A stretch of 64,000 bases of DNA from Camelus ferus (GCF_009834535.1 NC_045709.1:29822001-29886000), one strand, 5' to 3'; counted from the first letter of the stretch, positions 1 to 11,224 are shown. The notes: a model not told the origin generated them from the sequence alone. Translations and numbers: made by a program.

Positions 1-598
1 GCATTTAGCCTGTTCAATTCACTCTAAATTAGAGCTCATTACTCTTCATGATACATTTGATTGCTCTCAAATTCTCAGTAAATGTACCATGAAAGGAGCA
101 ATGCTATTGCGTTTGATCAGCAACCAAAGCTTGGGACTAACTGAGACGTCACTCATCTCTGGGCACCAGGAGGAGTCGGGACAGGAGAGCGCTCAGAAGC
201 CGCTGACCTTGAAAGGACTCAGAAAAAGGGCAAAAGAAGGGAAGTATCAGAAGCACACAAACAACGAACAGTCTTATGCTGGCATCGCTCTTTGAGAGTT
301 CAGGACTTTCACTGATAGGGTCCATCATTCACATCTCTCTTTTGTTTCTCCATTTCCTTCTTTTGTGCTCACTAATACAGGACACATATTTCCTCCATCC
401 CAAGAAAATGAACAAGCCACTGCAAAGACATTTAATTATTTTCCAAATATAGGCTGCCCCCGCCAGATAGCTCTGTTTGAACCCTCCTTCTGTTGCCACA
501 GTTCAGTGGAAGCTGGGGACAAATATGGAAAGGAGGGTTTTGCAGAAGCAGTAGACTGATGAGTGTTGATATTAATCTATCTCCATTACATACGTATT

Positions 599-880
599 TA
601 GTCATATATAAAATATCAATATTATGTCTATACATGTAGAGTCAGTATATAAAATATCAATAGTATAAATATACACATATAATAATCAGTATATAAAATA
701 TCAAAATTTTTATATATACAAATAAAATCAGCATATAAAATATCAGTATGTTGTATGCACACATATATAATCAGTATCTAAAATATCTATATTTGTATAT
801 ATACAAACATAATCAGTATATGAAATATCAGTATTTTGTATACACACATATAAAATCAATATATATTTATACTTATCTAT
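599..880. repeat. AT-rich minisatellite, 42-43 bp period, about 6.5 degenerate copies
   Basis: Core AATCAGTATATAAAATATC recurs near 601, 641, 684, 726, 769, 811 and 854. Confidence 0.85.
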
Positions 881-2224
881 ATATTTTTGTCCTAACATGC
901 AGTTGGAAGCCCTCGGGTCTTCCTCTCGTGTGTCCTCTTTAATGGCGGCAGCTCGCTTCTCCTCAGGCTGCCTGTGTAAAGGCATAATGAATTTTTGCTG
1001 CTGTGAGAAAGTTTGGTGGAATAATTATATTCTCTTGCAAACGTAATTTCTGTGTGCTTGCTGTGGCCACAAGGAATATGGAAGGAATAAGGAATCCTGT
1101 TCTTATGAAATTACAGACCCATTGAAGTTACATTTCATGACAGACTGTTTTAAATCCCAAAAAGATATTTTCTGCTTTTACGTTATTTTTTCTCACTCGT
1201 TCAATCAAGTTACCCTCATACCCGTAAGCCGTTTTCTGGAAAGCACAGAGATTCCTGCAGAAGTGGGCTACTCCCACCTGGCGGACTGCCGGGAAACACC
1301 CTCATCACATAGCACGTCAACTCCTGGCCTGCCGATGGCCCCGGGTCTCCCTCAGAGGAACCGTGGGCTTCACTGCTTATTGGACGCTAGGAATGCAGAC
1401 CCTCACTGGTTTCTTTGCCTGAAAAGCTAGAGTCTAAACAGTCTGTTCTGGGCTTCCTCTTGGTATTGCTCTTGAGCGCTCTGATCTTCGTTGATCTTCC
1501 ACCACCAGACTTTGCCTCTTTCATGGTATTCTGTTTCCTTTCCGAATCTCCACGGTCACTCCATCCTTTACATTTCCACGTTGTCTTCACAATGCCGTGA
1601 CCAAGGCTACTTACAAAGTTGATACATAGGTTATTTTCTATTTGGCACCATCTATTAGCAGATCAAATGTGTCACATGTACTTATTAAAACAGGTTTATT
1701 TCTCCCCATTGTGTCTCACAATGTACAATCAAACATGTTTTTCAGGATATGCAACAAGGAGATAAGAATTAGCAAATGTAAAAGAATATTGCAATGTTAA
1801 ATATAGTATAAATATTTATCTTAAAAACTGGGAAGAAACTAAAATTGCAATCAAGTTTGAGGCACAAGGAAATCTTGGAGGACTGAGGAACCCAGATCTT
1901 CATGGAAAGGTAACAAAGCTGAAGCTTTTTTTAAAAGATAAATTTTCTTTATTTCTTATATTATGGTAGAGAGATTGCTATGATAGGTGAAATTCTTTCC
2001 TTTGTGCTCTTCCTAGAGTTGGATTAACCTGCTTGCACAGCCTCACTGATGTTATCCCCGGGTGATGTCCTTCATGATTTAATGACAGCAAATTTACAAA
2101 AGCTCTCGGGAAAGTAGGAATATTGTGGACAAGTGGGCTCTGAGATTCTCTCCCTTGAGAAATTTCTACTGATCTTGATTCTTTAGTAATAGGTAAACAT
2201 GATGACAATTACTGGGAAACCTGT

Positions 2225-2335
2225 TAAATTCCAGATGCATATCACTACCACAAATACTCTGATTTAATTCTGTGTTGAATGGGGCCTGGAGGTCAGCACT
2301 TTTAACAAGTATCCCAGGTGGTTCTGCTTGGAAGA
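2225..2335. mobile_element. MER5-like hAT-Charlie fragment
   Basis: ctgatttaattctgtgttgaatggggcctgg...ttttaacaagtatcccaggtggttctg resembles the remembered MER5 core. Confidence 0.55.
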
Positions 2336-2899
2336 ATACCATCCTAGTGTAGAAAAAGTTCTAATCACCAAGTTCATTATCATTTTACAGTGCTTTATTA
2401 GCAGTCTAGACATTTGCATCTGGCAAGTGATCTTGTCATTATTATCTTTAACTGCGTGCCCACCCTACTTAGGACAGTTCCTTTAAACAGAGGAACGGAG
2501 CAATGTTCTCTAAGAAATGTAGCATGTGCACCGGTGCCAGAGACTCTGGAAAGTTCTCTAAGACCAACGGGGGTTTCACCCTTAAAAACAACTGGCAAAT
2601 AATGGGTTAAATAAAGTGAAACTGGCTCCTGGCTGTGGATGGCCTCAGAATATGAATAAAGACACAATTAGAGATTGTTAAGAATCTCCAGTAGGAGATT
2701 ATTGTATTTGGTTCTTCCCAAATGCATTTGGTCACAGAAATACACGTTTTTTGAGAGTTACCCTACAGAGAAAGTAAGCTCGGAAATGCTGCAAAAAAAA
2801 AAAAAGGAGATGCTCAGACAGGGAAGGCGCTGCTGACACCTCCCCTTTCCTCCCTTCAGTGCTGCATCCGTTTATTATAAAGAGTCATCAGCTCTATAG

Positions 2900-3100
2900 T
2901 AAAAAGTTTGCCACGGGCCCTGCTGGGGCACTGCTGGTGCAGAGGACGTGTGGAAGGGACCACACGTAAATAGTTTACGTGTCACGGGAAGCTATGGACG
3001 GAGGCAGATGAGTGGACCTGGCTGCTTCCAATTAAACTTTATTTAGAAAACCAGGCCACAGGCTGCCTGTGGTCTGGAGGTTGTACCTTGCTGCCCCCTG
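2900..3100 (-). mobile_element. MER58-like hAT-Charlie non-autonomous element, degraded
   Basis: ccaattaaactttatttagaaaaccagg...ttgctgccccctg matches the reverse complement of the MER58 5' end; followed by gtctagag, the Charlie-type target. Confidence 0.65.
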
Positions 3101-4329
3101 GTCTAGAGCTGTACAGCCAACGTCCTGAGAAACCTGCTTTCCTTCCTCTTCTCCAGAATGTTTGTTTCCTCCCTAGAAAAATGAAATTGGGGAATCAGTG
3201 CACATGAGCTCAGATATTTATTGCAAACATACTTGCAGACTAATTGTTTATACCTTCATCCCTGCCCGTTTGTTGAGCACCTACCACGTGCCGGGAGCAC
3301 TGATGCTGTCTCCCCATCTGATACTGGCTCGTGTTTCTTACTAGATTGTGAGAACTTTATTGCACTTTAGTGGATGCCTTGAGTCTCAGTTTGGGATAAT
3401 GATAAATACTTTAAGTGAGGTTTGTATTGGGGGTTTTAGCAGCTGCTGCACAGACTGCTCATCTTCAGTTCACAGCTAGGTCTCAGTTCTTTGTAACCTG
3501 AACCTATGAAGCAGATGATTTTTAAAGCGGAGGGCTTTACGCTTGTCCATGGTCTCTTTCTTTTGCTAAGTTTGGACTGATATTTTTGTGGCTTTCCCCA
3601 TAGTCCACCTACACGTACTATCTCATTCAGATTTTAAGAAAAAGCTATCCAATACTTCCTGACACCCTTTACAACACCTTCTGTATGGTTAGTTCACAGC
3701 AGATCTTCAGTATTTGCTGAATGGATTAGTGTTACATTGTTTCAATCCATCTATAGGCTACTTTGATAAGCATAACACTTGTTCTCATTTCTGAAGTGGT
3801 GTATTTATTCCCATATTTCTTTTGATCTGGTTCATTTTGCAAAAGATATGGGGTGAAAGGAAGGCTGTGAAATGTTCTCTTGGCAGATCAAGGATACACA
3901 TAAAATAATATATTGATTTTTTTCTCATTGAATCTCTACTAATGCATATAAAAGTCATTTACTATCATTAACTACTCAGAAACAAATGATAACTGAAAAG
4001 GTAAAAATTGGGCATATTAAGGTAAAAAGTAATGATTTGAAAAAGTTAATTCCATTTCCATGTAGAGAACTTCTATGCCTCTATCTTAAAATCCTTGCCT
4101 TGGAGGTGTTCTTCTATGATAAAGACTGAATTTTGTTTTTCTAGAGTTGATCCCTTGGACAAACATTTTCTTTTCTGAAAATAAAGTGAAATCTATTTAA
4201 ACCTTAATGAAGGTAAGGGTCAATCTCTATATGTTACTTGAGGGAAGCCATATATACATATATATATAGTTTTAAATAGATTGTTAAGAGGGAAATGTAC
4301 AAAAGAATAGAAGTGATCTTTGTTGTTAT

Positions 4330-4900
4330 AGAAAAACACATAGGTTGATGTCACATCCTATTGTAAGAGCACAGCCATCAACACCTCTGCACTCAGACTC
4401 TCCCATTATTTTTCTCTTAGGAGATGGCTGCCGAGTCAATCTTTCACAAATCTCACCTGAGGTTGGGTTTAAGCAGGATTTACTCTTTGTGAAGTGAACA
4501 TTTTTGATGGGTTTTCAAAAGCCTTAATTTCCTTTTTAGATTTCCACCAGTAATTTGGCAGAAATAAGACATTCTTCTCTTAATTATATTTATATCTCTG
4601 TATTTCCTAAGTGGTATTTATTATATTTCCTTCTCAAGAAGGAATTTTTTTACCCCCTTAAAATTATTCAAACAATAGGTCAAAAGCTAGCAACAATGAA
4701 AAAGCCACACTCAGCATAATTTCCTCCAACAATGCTTCACTTCTCCCGAGTTCTTCACTGCATTTGCCAAAGGGGACCTAAGCTAGGGCAGCCATTTCTT
4801 GTAGCTTTTTCATTACTGTTTTGCTTTAGAATTAAGGGTGGTTGTACCATAGTCCCCAACAACATCTTGAATAAAGTTCACTGTGCACAAAAGTGTTTTC
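4330..4900 (-). mobile_element. Possible decayed hAT transposase C-terminal (dimerisation-domain) remnant
   Basis: Minus-strand translation across frameshifts gives NFIQDVV, then YWWKSKKEIKAFENPSK, PTSGEICER and EK*WESLSAEVLMAVL, in the order expected for a hAT C-terminus. Confidence 0.35.
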
Positions 4901-5044
4901 AACTCAATTTTAAAATAAAGTATAGGATACTTAATTTCCTATATTGTTCTAAAATGTGCACATTCCCCAAAATGGCCCCAAATTTGAGTGCCTATGGGGA
5001 GGAGATGTTCTGAGGCCTTCTTACATGGGATCTATTCAGTAGAA

Positions 5045-5280
5045 GCTTTAGAGGACAATTTAGCCAATTCATTCCAAGGATAAAACATGCATACCTTTTA
5101 TTCTGCAATTCCACCTCTAGGAATTTATCTTACTGAAACTTAGACACAAGTGGCAACTATATGTTTAAGGACAGTCATTAAAGCATTTCAATAACAAAAA
5201 CTGGAAATGGGCTGTCATTACAGTAGTAGGAGGGTTAAATAAATGATAGTGTATCAAGGAAAGGTAGTCGCAATAAGATA
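5045..5280 (+). mobile_element. Ancient L1 (L1M/L1ME-like) ORF2 3' fragment
   Basis: gcaattccacctctaggaatttatc...caaaaactggaaa matches the end of L1 ORF2. Confidence 0.7.
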
Positions 5281-5914
5281 CCTGGGACAAATTTAGAGGA
5301 AGGAAGAACCAACCACACACACATATACTCAGCCTTAAAAACAAAAACAAACAAAAAGGTTGAAGACAATTAATCAACCAGATATTTTAAAAACAGCCAG
5401 TGGAATTCTAACAATGAGATGGTCTATTACTGTGTATCTTATATTACAGGATATATCCGTTTACCTCAACTAGATGATCTGCACTTTTCTACGCATAAAA
5501 TGTCAGCTGTTCATTCACACTTAATCATGTTTTTGTGAAAGTTGCAAAACAGTGAAAATTTTCTCTGTCCCTGTAAGAAGCACTTCAGTAAGAAGCACTT
5601 CAGCCCTCCAGGTAAGCCTCCTGCAAACAAACAAACAAACAAACAAATGAAAACAATAACAAAAAACCCCTGCAGTGTGGCCTGCTCGGGACCCTCCGTG
5701 TTTCTCTGCTCAAGGTCAGCCCGGCCTTTTGGAGTTACTGCCACCGATTCTGGACCTCACTCCCATCTCTACAGTAGGGGTTTACTTATGCTGAGTTATG
5801 TTCCCCCAAAGCCCCATCCTTGAAGGTCATGCTTCATGTCATGGTGAAAAGAGCAGGTCTTTGAAACTAGAGCGTCCTGGGATTAGATCCCAAACACATC
5901 TCTTACTGGGTAAC

Positions 5915-6290
5915 TCAATGTCCGCCATCAGATAGGACATTTGTTACAGTCCCTGAACCTATGTTGACACCATTATCACCCTAAACCCACAGTTTGCTTT
6001 CGGGTTCACTCTTGGTATTGTACAGTCTATAGGTTTGGACAAATGCGTAATGACACGCATTCTCCGTTATATGTCATACAGAACCAGCTGTCTTTTCACT
6101 CAACTATCGCCGTCGTGGAAGGGCTGCTACTCACTGGCCAACTTAGCTCTGTCAGTAAAAGGACAGTGGGTTCATCCGGTGGGGAATGTTGATAGTGGAG
6201 GATGTTTTGAGTGTGAAGTGGGGCAGGGAATATGTGGGAAATCTCTGTACTTTCCTAAAACTGCTCTAAGAAATAGTCTATTTTAAAAAA
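5915..6290. mobile_element. L1MC-type 3' UTR with an inverted 5' half
   Basis: 5915-6085 is antisense L1MC 3' UTR (gggttcactcttggtattgtacagtctataggtttggacaaatg). 6176-6290 is the sense continuation (ggggaatgttgatagtgg...ctaaaactgctctaagaaatagtctatt). Confidence 0.75.
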
Positions 6291-6349
6291 GGAAGAAGAT
6301 AACTGGCAGCCTTGTGGACATTAAACCACAGGGAGAGAAGGCAGAAGCA

Positions 6350-6680
6350 CAAAGACGTGTTGGGCAATTACAGCAACGGTCTAGGTGAGAAATCATGGTG
6401 CCTTTTATCAGAGAGTAGGTGTGGAGGATCTAAGAAGTATTAGATTCTGGACTATTTTGAAGACAGAATGGTATATATATTTTTAATAGACTGAATGAGT
6501 TGTATAAGAGGAAATGAGATGTTAAGATGACTACTTTAGCCTGAGCGCCTGGAAGAATTGAGATGCAGTTTACTAAGAGGGGAGCTTTGGGGGAGGATCA
6601 GTTTTGGGGACAAACATAAAGAGTTTAGTTTTGTACGTAAATTTGAGATATGGCACATTTGGGAAATTAAGGTAATTCCC
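6350..6680 (-). mobile_element. L2 fragment
   Basis: Purine-rich antisense L2 motifs (tagattctggactattttgaag; gagtttagttttgtacgtaaatttgag). Confidence 0.7.
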
Positions 6681-7403
6681 CAAGGTTGCAATATGACTGC
6701 AACTGAAAAAAATAGAGACATAGATAGAAAAAGACTGGAATGGAATATATATAGAAATTTTGACAGTGATTCATTGTTAGTAAAATTATAGGTGAAAATT
6801 TTGCCTACTTTTCTAGATTTTCTCAATTATATATTATTTTTATGTTGGGAGTTAAAAAAAAGTAAATAAAAGGAAACAAATGAGGAAGAAACAAAATGTA
6901 TCATTTTAGGAATACTGTGGTTTACAAATCTAGGCTCATATGCAACCATTTCACAATAGCCTCATGTCAATTCTCCTAGCGTGAAAAGAAAAGAAAAGAG
7001 GGGCATTACTCCCTTAAATCTTGAACATATTTTGTCAGTTTATAATTTTTTAATGTTATGAAAAACACTGGATAGACCATTTTTATAACTAAAAACTTAC
7101 TACCTTTCAAAAGCTCATTATTCTTATTTATAGTTTTGCATTTTAGCAAGGTACAAATTTACCTATAGATCTGAATTTTTCAAACCAAGGTTAGTCAAAA
7201 CCTGGAGCTCGCTCACAAGTGCCTTTGACCCACAGAAATGGGCAGTGAAGGCAGTTGGAGAAGGAGGGGCTTTCAGACTCTGACCACTGCCTTTACCTAG
7301 ACCAGCTGCACTTTTCATCTGCCGTCTTTTATAGTGAATTGCTGTGCAAAGTTTTTTCTTCTTTTTTTTTTAGTTTTTTTTTGGGGGTGGTGGTGGTAAT
7401 TGG

Positions 7404-7497
7404 TTTATTTATTTTTAGAGGAGGTATGGGGGATTGAACCCCGGACCTCATGCATGCTAAGCATGTGTGCTACCACTTGAGCTATACCGTCCCCCCC
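7404..7497 (-). mobile_element. tRNA-Ala(AGC)-derived SINE of camelid type
   Basis: Minus strand reads ggtatagctcaagtggtagcacacatgcttagcatgcatgaggtccggggttcaatccccc: A box, B box, Ala anticodon arm, then an A-rich tail. Confidence 0.9.
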
Positions 7498-8060
7498 AAT
7501 TTTTATTTAGGTGACAATCATGTCTCAATAATGCAAGAAACACTGCTTTAAATGGTGGAAATGCTGTCCAATGATGACACTTCAGCCTTGCAGGAGAGCT
7601 GTTGAGAGAAATATTAGAAGGAACTCTGTATTTCCCTATACTCAGGGCTGTACACAACCTTCTGTTTGCATACAAGCTAAGCCTTCCACCTCTAGTTATT
7701 GGATGTACTGTTGTCACAGGGCAATCTGCCCCTTCGAGCCCAATACTGAAAATGTCAGAAAAGACTACACCTGCCTTGGCTGTTTTCAGTGAATACATCC
7801 AGTGTGGGTGCCTCATGCTGCAGGCGTGTGGGATACACAAAGAAGACTAAGGCATAACTCCTGCAGTGAAATGCTTGAGTCAGAGTAAGGGTGGAGGATG
7901 TAGGGCAGTATAAAATTAAGGGCTAATTTGTATTAGTTGGGATGTCTTAAGTGTATGTAATAAAAATAGAAATTAAACAGTAAATATAAATATCTAACAA
8001 AGAATTAGAATTAAGGTAGCCATTGGGCTGGTTATTTAGAAACTCATTGATGTACCCAGA

Positions 8061-8066
<6 letters not shown>

Positions 8067-8112
<46 letters not shown>
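8067..8112. repeat. (TG)n microsatellite, about 23 units
   Basis: Direct reading. Confidence 0.98.
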
Positions 8113-8114
<2 letters not shown>

Positions 8115-8237
8115 CCATTGCTCCTTTTTGGCATCCCTAGTGTTGTCTTCTTTTGTGGGCTGGTAGCATATCAGTGACCTTAAATCCAGACATGACACTG
8201 TCTAGAACTAAGTTTTTTTTTTTCTTTTCTTCCTCTC

Positions 8238-8547
8238 TTTTTTTTTTTTAATTGAAGTATAGTCAGTTTACAATGTTGTATTAATTTCTGGGGTACAGCA
8301 TAGTGATTCAGTTATACATACATGGATATATTCCTTTTCATATCCTTTTTCATTATAGGTTGTTATGAGGTATTGAATATAATTTCCTGTGCTATACAGT
8401 AGGTCCGTGTTGTTTATCTATTTTATATATAGTAATTAGTATCGCAAATCCCAAACTTCCAATTTATCCCTCCATCTACATCCTTTCCTCCCTGGTAAAC
8501 ATAAATTTGTTTTCTAAGCCTGTGAGTGTTTCTGTATAACTAAGTTC
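8238..8547 (-). mobile_element. L1 3' end of artiodactyl type, 5'-truncated
   Basis: Poly-T followed by aattgaagtatagtcagtttacaatgttg...cagcatagtgattcagttatacat. Confidence 0.85.
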
Positions 8548-8552
8548 TTCAG

Positions 8553-8683
8553 TAAAGTAGCCACTAGCCACATGCAACTATTTAATCAAAATTAAATTAA
8601 AATTCAAAGCTCAGTTCCTCAGTGGCCACATTTGAAAGATCAAAAGCCACATGCAGCGAGGAGCCATCATGTTGGACAGCACA
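8553..8683. mobile_element. MER3/MER33-like hAT-Charlie fragment
   Basis: gtagccactagccacatg...ctcagttcctcagtggccacattt...gttggacagc. Confidence 0.75.
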
Positions 8684-8999
8684 AAGACAGAACATCTACA
8701 TCTTTCCAGAGGGTTTTAATGAATAGCACCGAATTTAGCAGAAACGACAATGACCTTACGGTGGTTCTTTCTTATGAGGCAGGACATCTTCCTTTAAGCA
8801 TTCAAGTAATCTTACCCACGCAGTTCTTTGACCAGAATTGATTCTCACATTCATTTGGGTCGAAACCCTGACAAGGCAACAGGATTACTGCAGGACCCAG
8901 CAACCAACCACCAGTGCAGGATGGAGACAACGTCCCCCTAATGCTGAGTCTGTTCTTCAGGGGGAAGGCTGGAGAAACAGGCAGTGATCGTCTCCTGGG

Positions 9000-9830
9000 A
9001 GGAACTCCAGCCACCTCACAGCTGACTGGAGGAACAATTTGGCCTGGCTGGGAACTGAGCGGAGCCCCAGGTTTCCACACCAGAGCTGCCCGGGTCCCTG
9101 GAAGGTGACTTTGCGGCCTGCGCATGCGCAGCTCACTCTCCGGTTCCGGCCGCACAAGGCAGTCCTGCCCTTCCCCAGCTCCCCGACCACCAGGCCAGGC
9201 CCCTGAGAAACACCCCTGCACTGGGACTCTGGAGGTGCTGTGGTGACGTGTCCACGAGGATTGGGGTTTGCCAGACCCCTACGGACAAGTCCGAGAGGAG
9301 GAAGCCTTGACACCAAAAGCATCCAGGTGTTGCCCTTCCCCGCGGGAGGTGCCTATTGGCCTGTTTTAACTCCTGAGATCCCGCGAAATCCCGCGATATC
9401 CCCGAGATCCCGCGAGATCTGGCTTCCTCTAGGAAGTTGGGTAGCAGCCCCTCAGGCTTGATTAAGTCATGCCCCTGGCGCCGCTGACTCGCAGCGCCTT
9501 GCGGCGCATCCGCTCCCTGCCCGGCTTCAGGACCCCCGCTGACCGCCCCCACCCACCCGAAGCCGCGTTTGCTTTCTTGGGAAACCCCACACTCCGCCCT
9601 GCCGGTCCGGCCTCGGCCCTGCACGTCCGTCAAGGTTTTGGGAAGAATGTCGTCTCGGGAGCAGGCTGCAGGGAGCTGGCTGGGGCCCTGCCCGGATGGG
9701 CCCTGGGAGGAGATGCGGCGCTCAGGGCCACGCGGAAGCGGATGAGCAGCCTTGACTCTTGGAGCTGATGGAGCGTCCAGGAAGGCGGGTCCCGGAGGCC
9801 TAGAGCCGCGGGGTAAGGTTTTATCAAGAA
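9000..9830. promoter_or_regulatory. CpG island, probable bidirectional promoter
   Basis: The only strongly GC- and CpG-rich block in the window. TGCGCATGCGCA at 9119-9130, CCGGAA (minus) at 9144-9149, TGACGT at 9244-9249, CCGCCC at 9543 and 9594. Donors GG|GTAAGG (+, 9812) and TGG|GTAAGA (-, 8816). Confidence 0.8.
9119..9130. promoter_or_regulatory. NRF1 binding site
   Basis: Perfect 12-bp palindrome TGCGCATGCGCA, the NRF1 consensus. Confidence 0.75.
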
Positions 9831-11009
9831 ATGTGATTTGAGCTGAGAGTGAGTGGAAGGGTATTTCAAGCGTGCTTTCTAGTTTTTAAGAACTGCTGTG
9901 TATTTAGTTCGTTTTAAATCTACTCTTGTTTTCTAATTAGAATAAAGATGACTGAATTTGAAGAAAAGATACATGGATTCTTAAGTGGGGGGACTGGCCT
10001 TTGAGAATGGCTGTGCTGTGGAAGAAACGCAGGCTGGACCGTGGGGTCTGGAAAGAAGGCCATAGGTGTTTTTTTTACATCTGAGGATGTTTAAAAACAC
10101 TGATAAACAATGGACTCATCCTTCTGAGGTGTGATTTTCAACACAAGCTTCCTATCAGAATCTCAGTGTAGAGCTTTTTGAAAGTAAACATTCTTAGATG
10201 AATACAAAACAAGTAATGAATATTTTTATAAAGTTTTACGAAGAGTTCCGTTGCTATGTCACTACCTCCAAATAGGCCTGTTGCTTGAAAAAAAAAAAAA
10301 AAAACAAAACACCTCAAACAAACAAAACCCTTCCTTTGCTTCCTGTAGCTTTCAGAGTCCAGGTGAAATTCCTTGGGAGGGCGTTGAGGGCCTGTCTGCG
10401 TCTTCAGCTATGTCTCTTTCTAGTGAAACTGTAACAGGTGCGGCTTCTGGAACAGAAGCGCGCGCTTCCTTCTTTCCCTCACTCATGTCTTTGCCTTTTT
10501 AGGATTGAACCCTGGCCTCACGGCCGCTGGGAGATGATAGTTGTTGCCATCACTGTTACTGAATATTTAGTTCTCCTGTAAGCCCTCTTCCTGGCAGAAG
10601 GACTGCCCTTTGCTGTGCTGTTGAACTCAGGTGCCACAAGAGCATATGACTTTGACCAAGAACCCGTGAGTAGGAAGGATGTGTGTCGTTTCCCAGCACA
10701 TGCTTAGAGAACCAGTGTGCGCTTTTGGGATGCTGTTTCTTGTTCACGAGGTTCCTGGCAGAGAGTCCCAGATAGCACCTGCTTCACCAGCCCCTTCTAT
10801 GTGATGACCAAATGGAACAGAGGCCCCGGGCAGCCTCGGTGGAGATTAGTATGAACAAGAAATGAGCTGTTTCAAATCACTGGCATTTGAGGTTTCTTTA
10901 TTACTTCAGTGTGACCTTGTCCCCCTTGACTGTTCCAGAAGTATTCCAAGACTTTCCTAGTCTAGGTTTGGTTTCATATTGAGTATCACATTTTATCGGT
11001 GTCTTAAAC

Positions 11010-11224
11010 CAGGACTCAGCAAACCTTTTTTTGGAAAGGGCTAGATAGTATTTTGCACTTTGTGGGTAATGCGGTCTCTGTTGCAACTACTCAACTTTGT
11101 GCAGCACAAACGCAGCCATAAATAAACTGCAAAGGAATGAGTGATTTTGTGCCAATAAAACTTTATTAATATGAGCGGTTGCTGGGTTGGATTTGGTCCT
11201 CAGGCTGCAGTTTGCTGACTGTTG
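11010..11224 (-). mobile_element. MER58A-like element, near full length
   Basis: Terminal inverted repeats tcagcaaac (11016) and gtttgctga (11210); internal ttgcaactactcaact and ccaataaaactttatt. Confidence 0.85.

Noticed and set aside
599-880. CRISPR-like periodicity
   Set aside because: The DNA is mammalian, the whole unit repeats, and there are no unique spacers or cas genes.
743-985. Overlapping ORFs 743-985 and 748-942
   Set aside because: Tyr/Ile-rich by-products of the AT-rich minisatellite.
2962-2982. Perfect 9-bp hairpin acacgtaaa-tag-tttacgtgt
   Set aside because: Short, inside a MER58-like fragment, and expected by chance in 64 kb.
7404-7497. Functional tRNA-Ala gene
   Set aside because: Mismatches in the D and acceptor arms, an A-rich tail and a second diverged copy indicate a SINE.
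8802-9869. ORFs of 73-166 aa on both strands of the CpG island
   Set aside because: GC-rich DNA is stop-poor. The products are Gly/Pro/Arg/Ala-rich with no domain, and most lack an ATG start.
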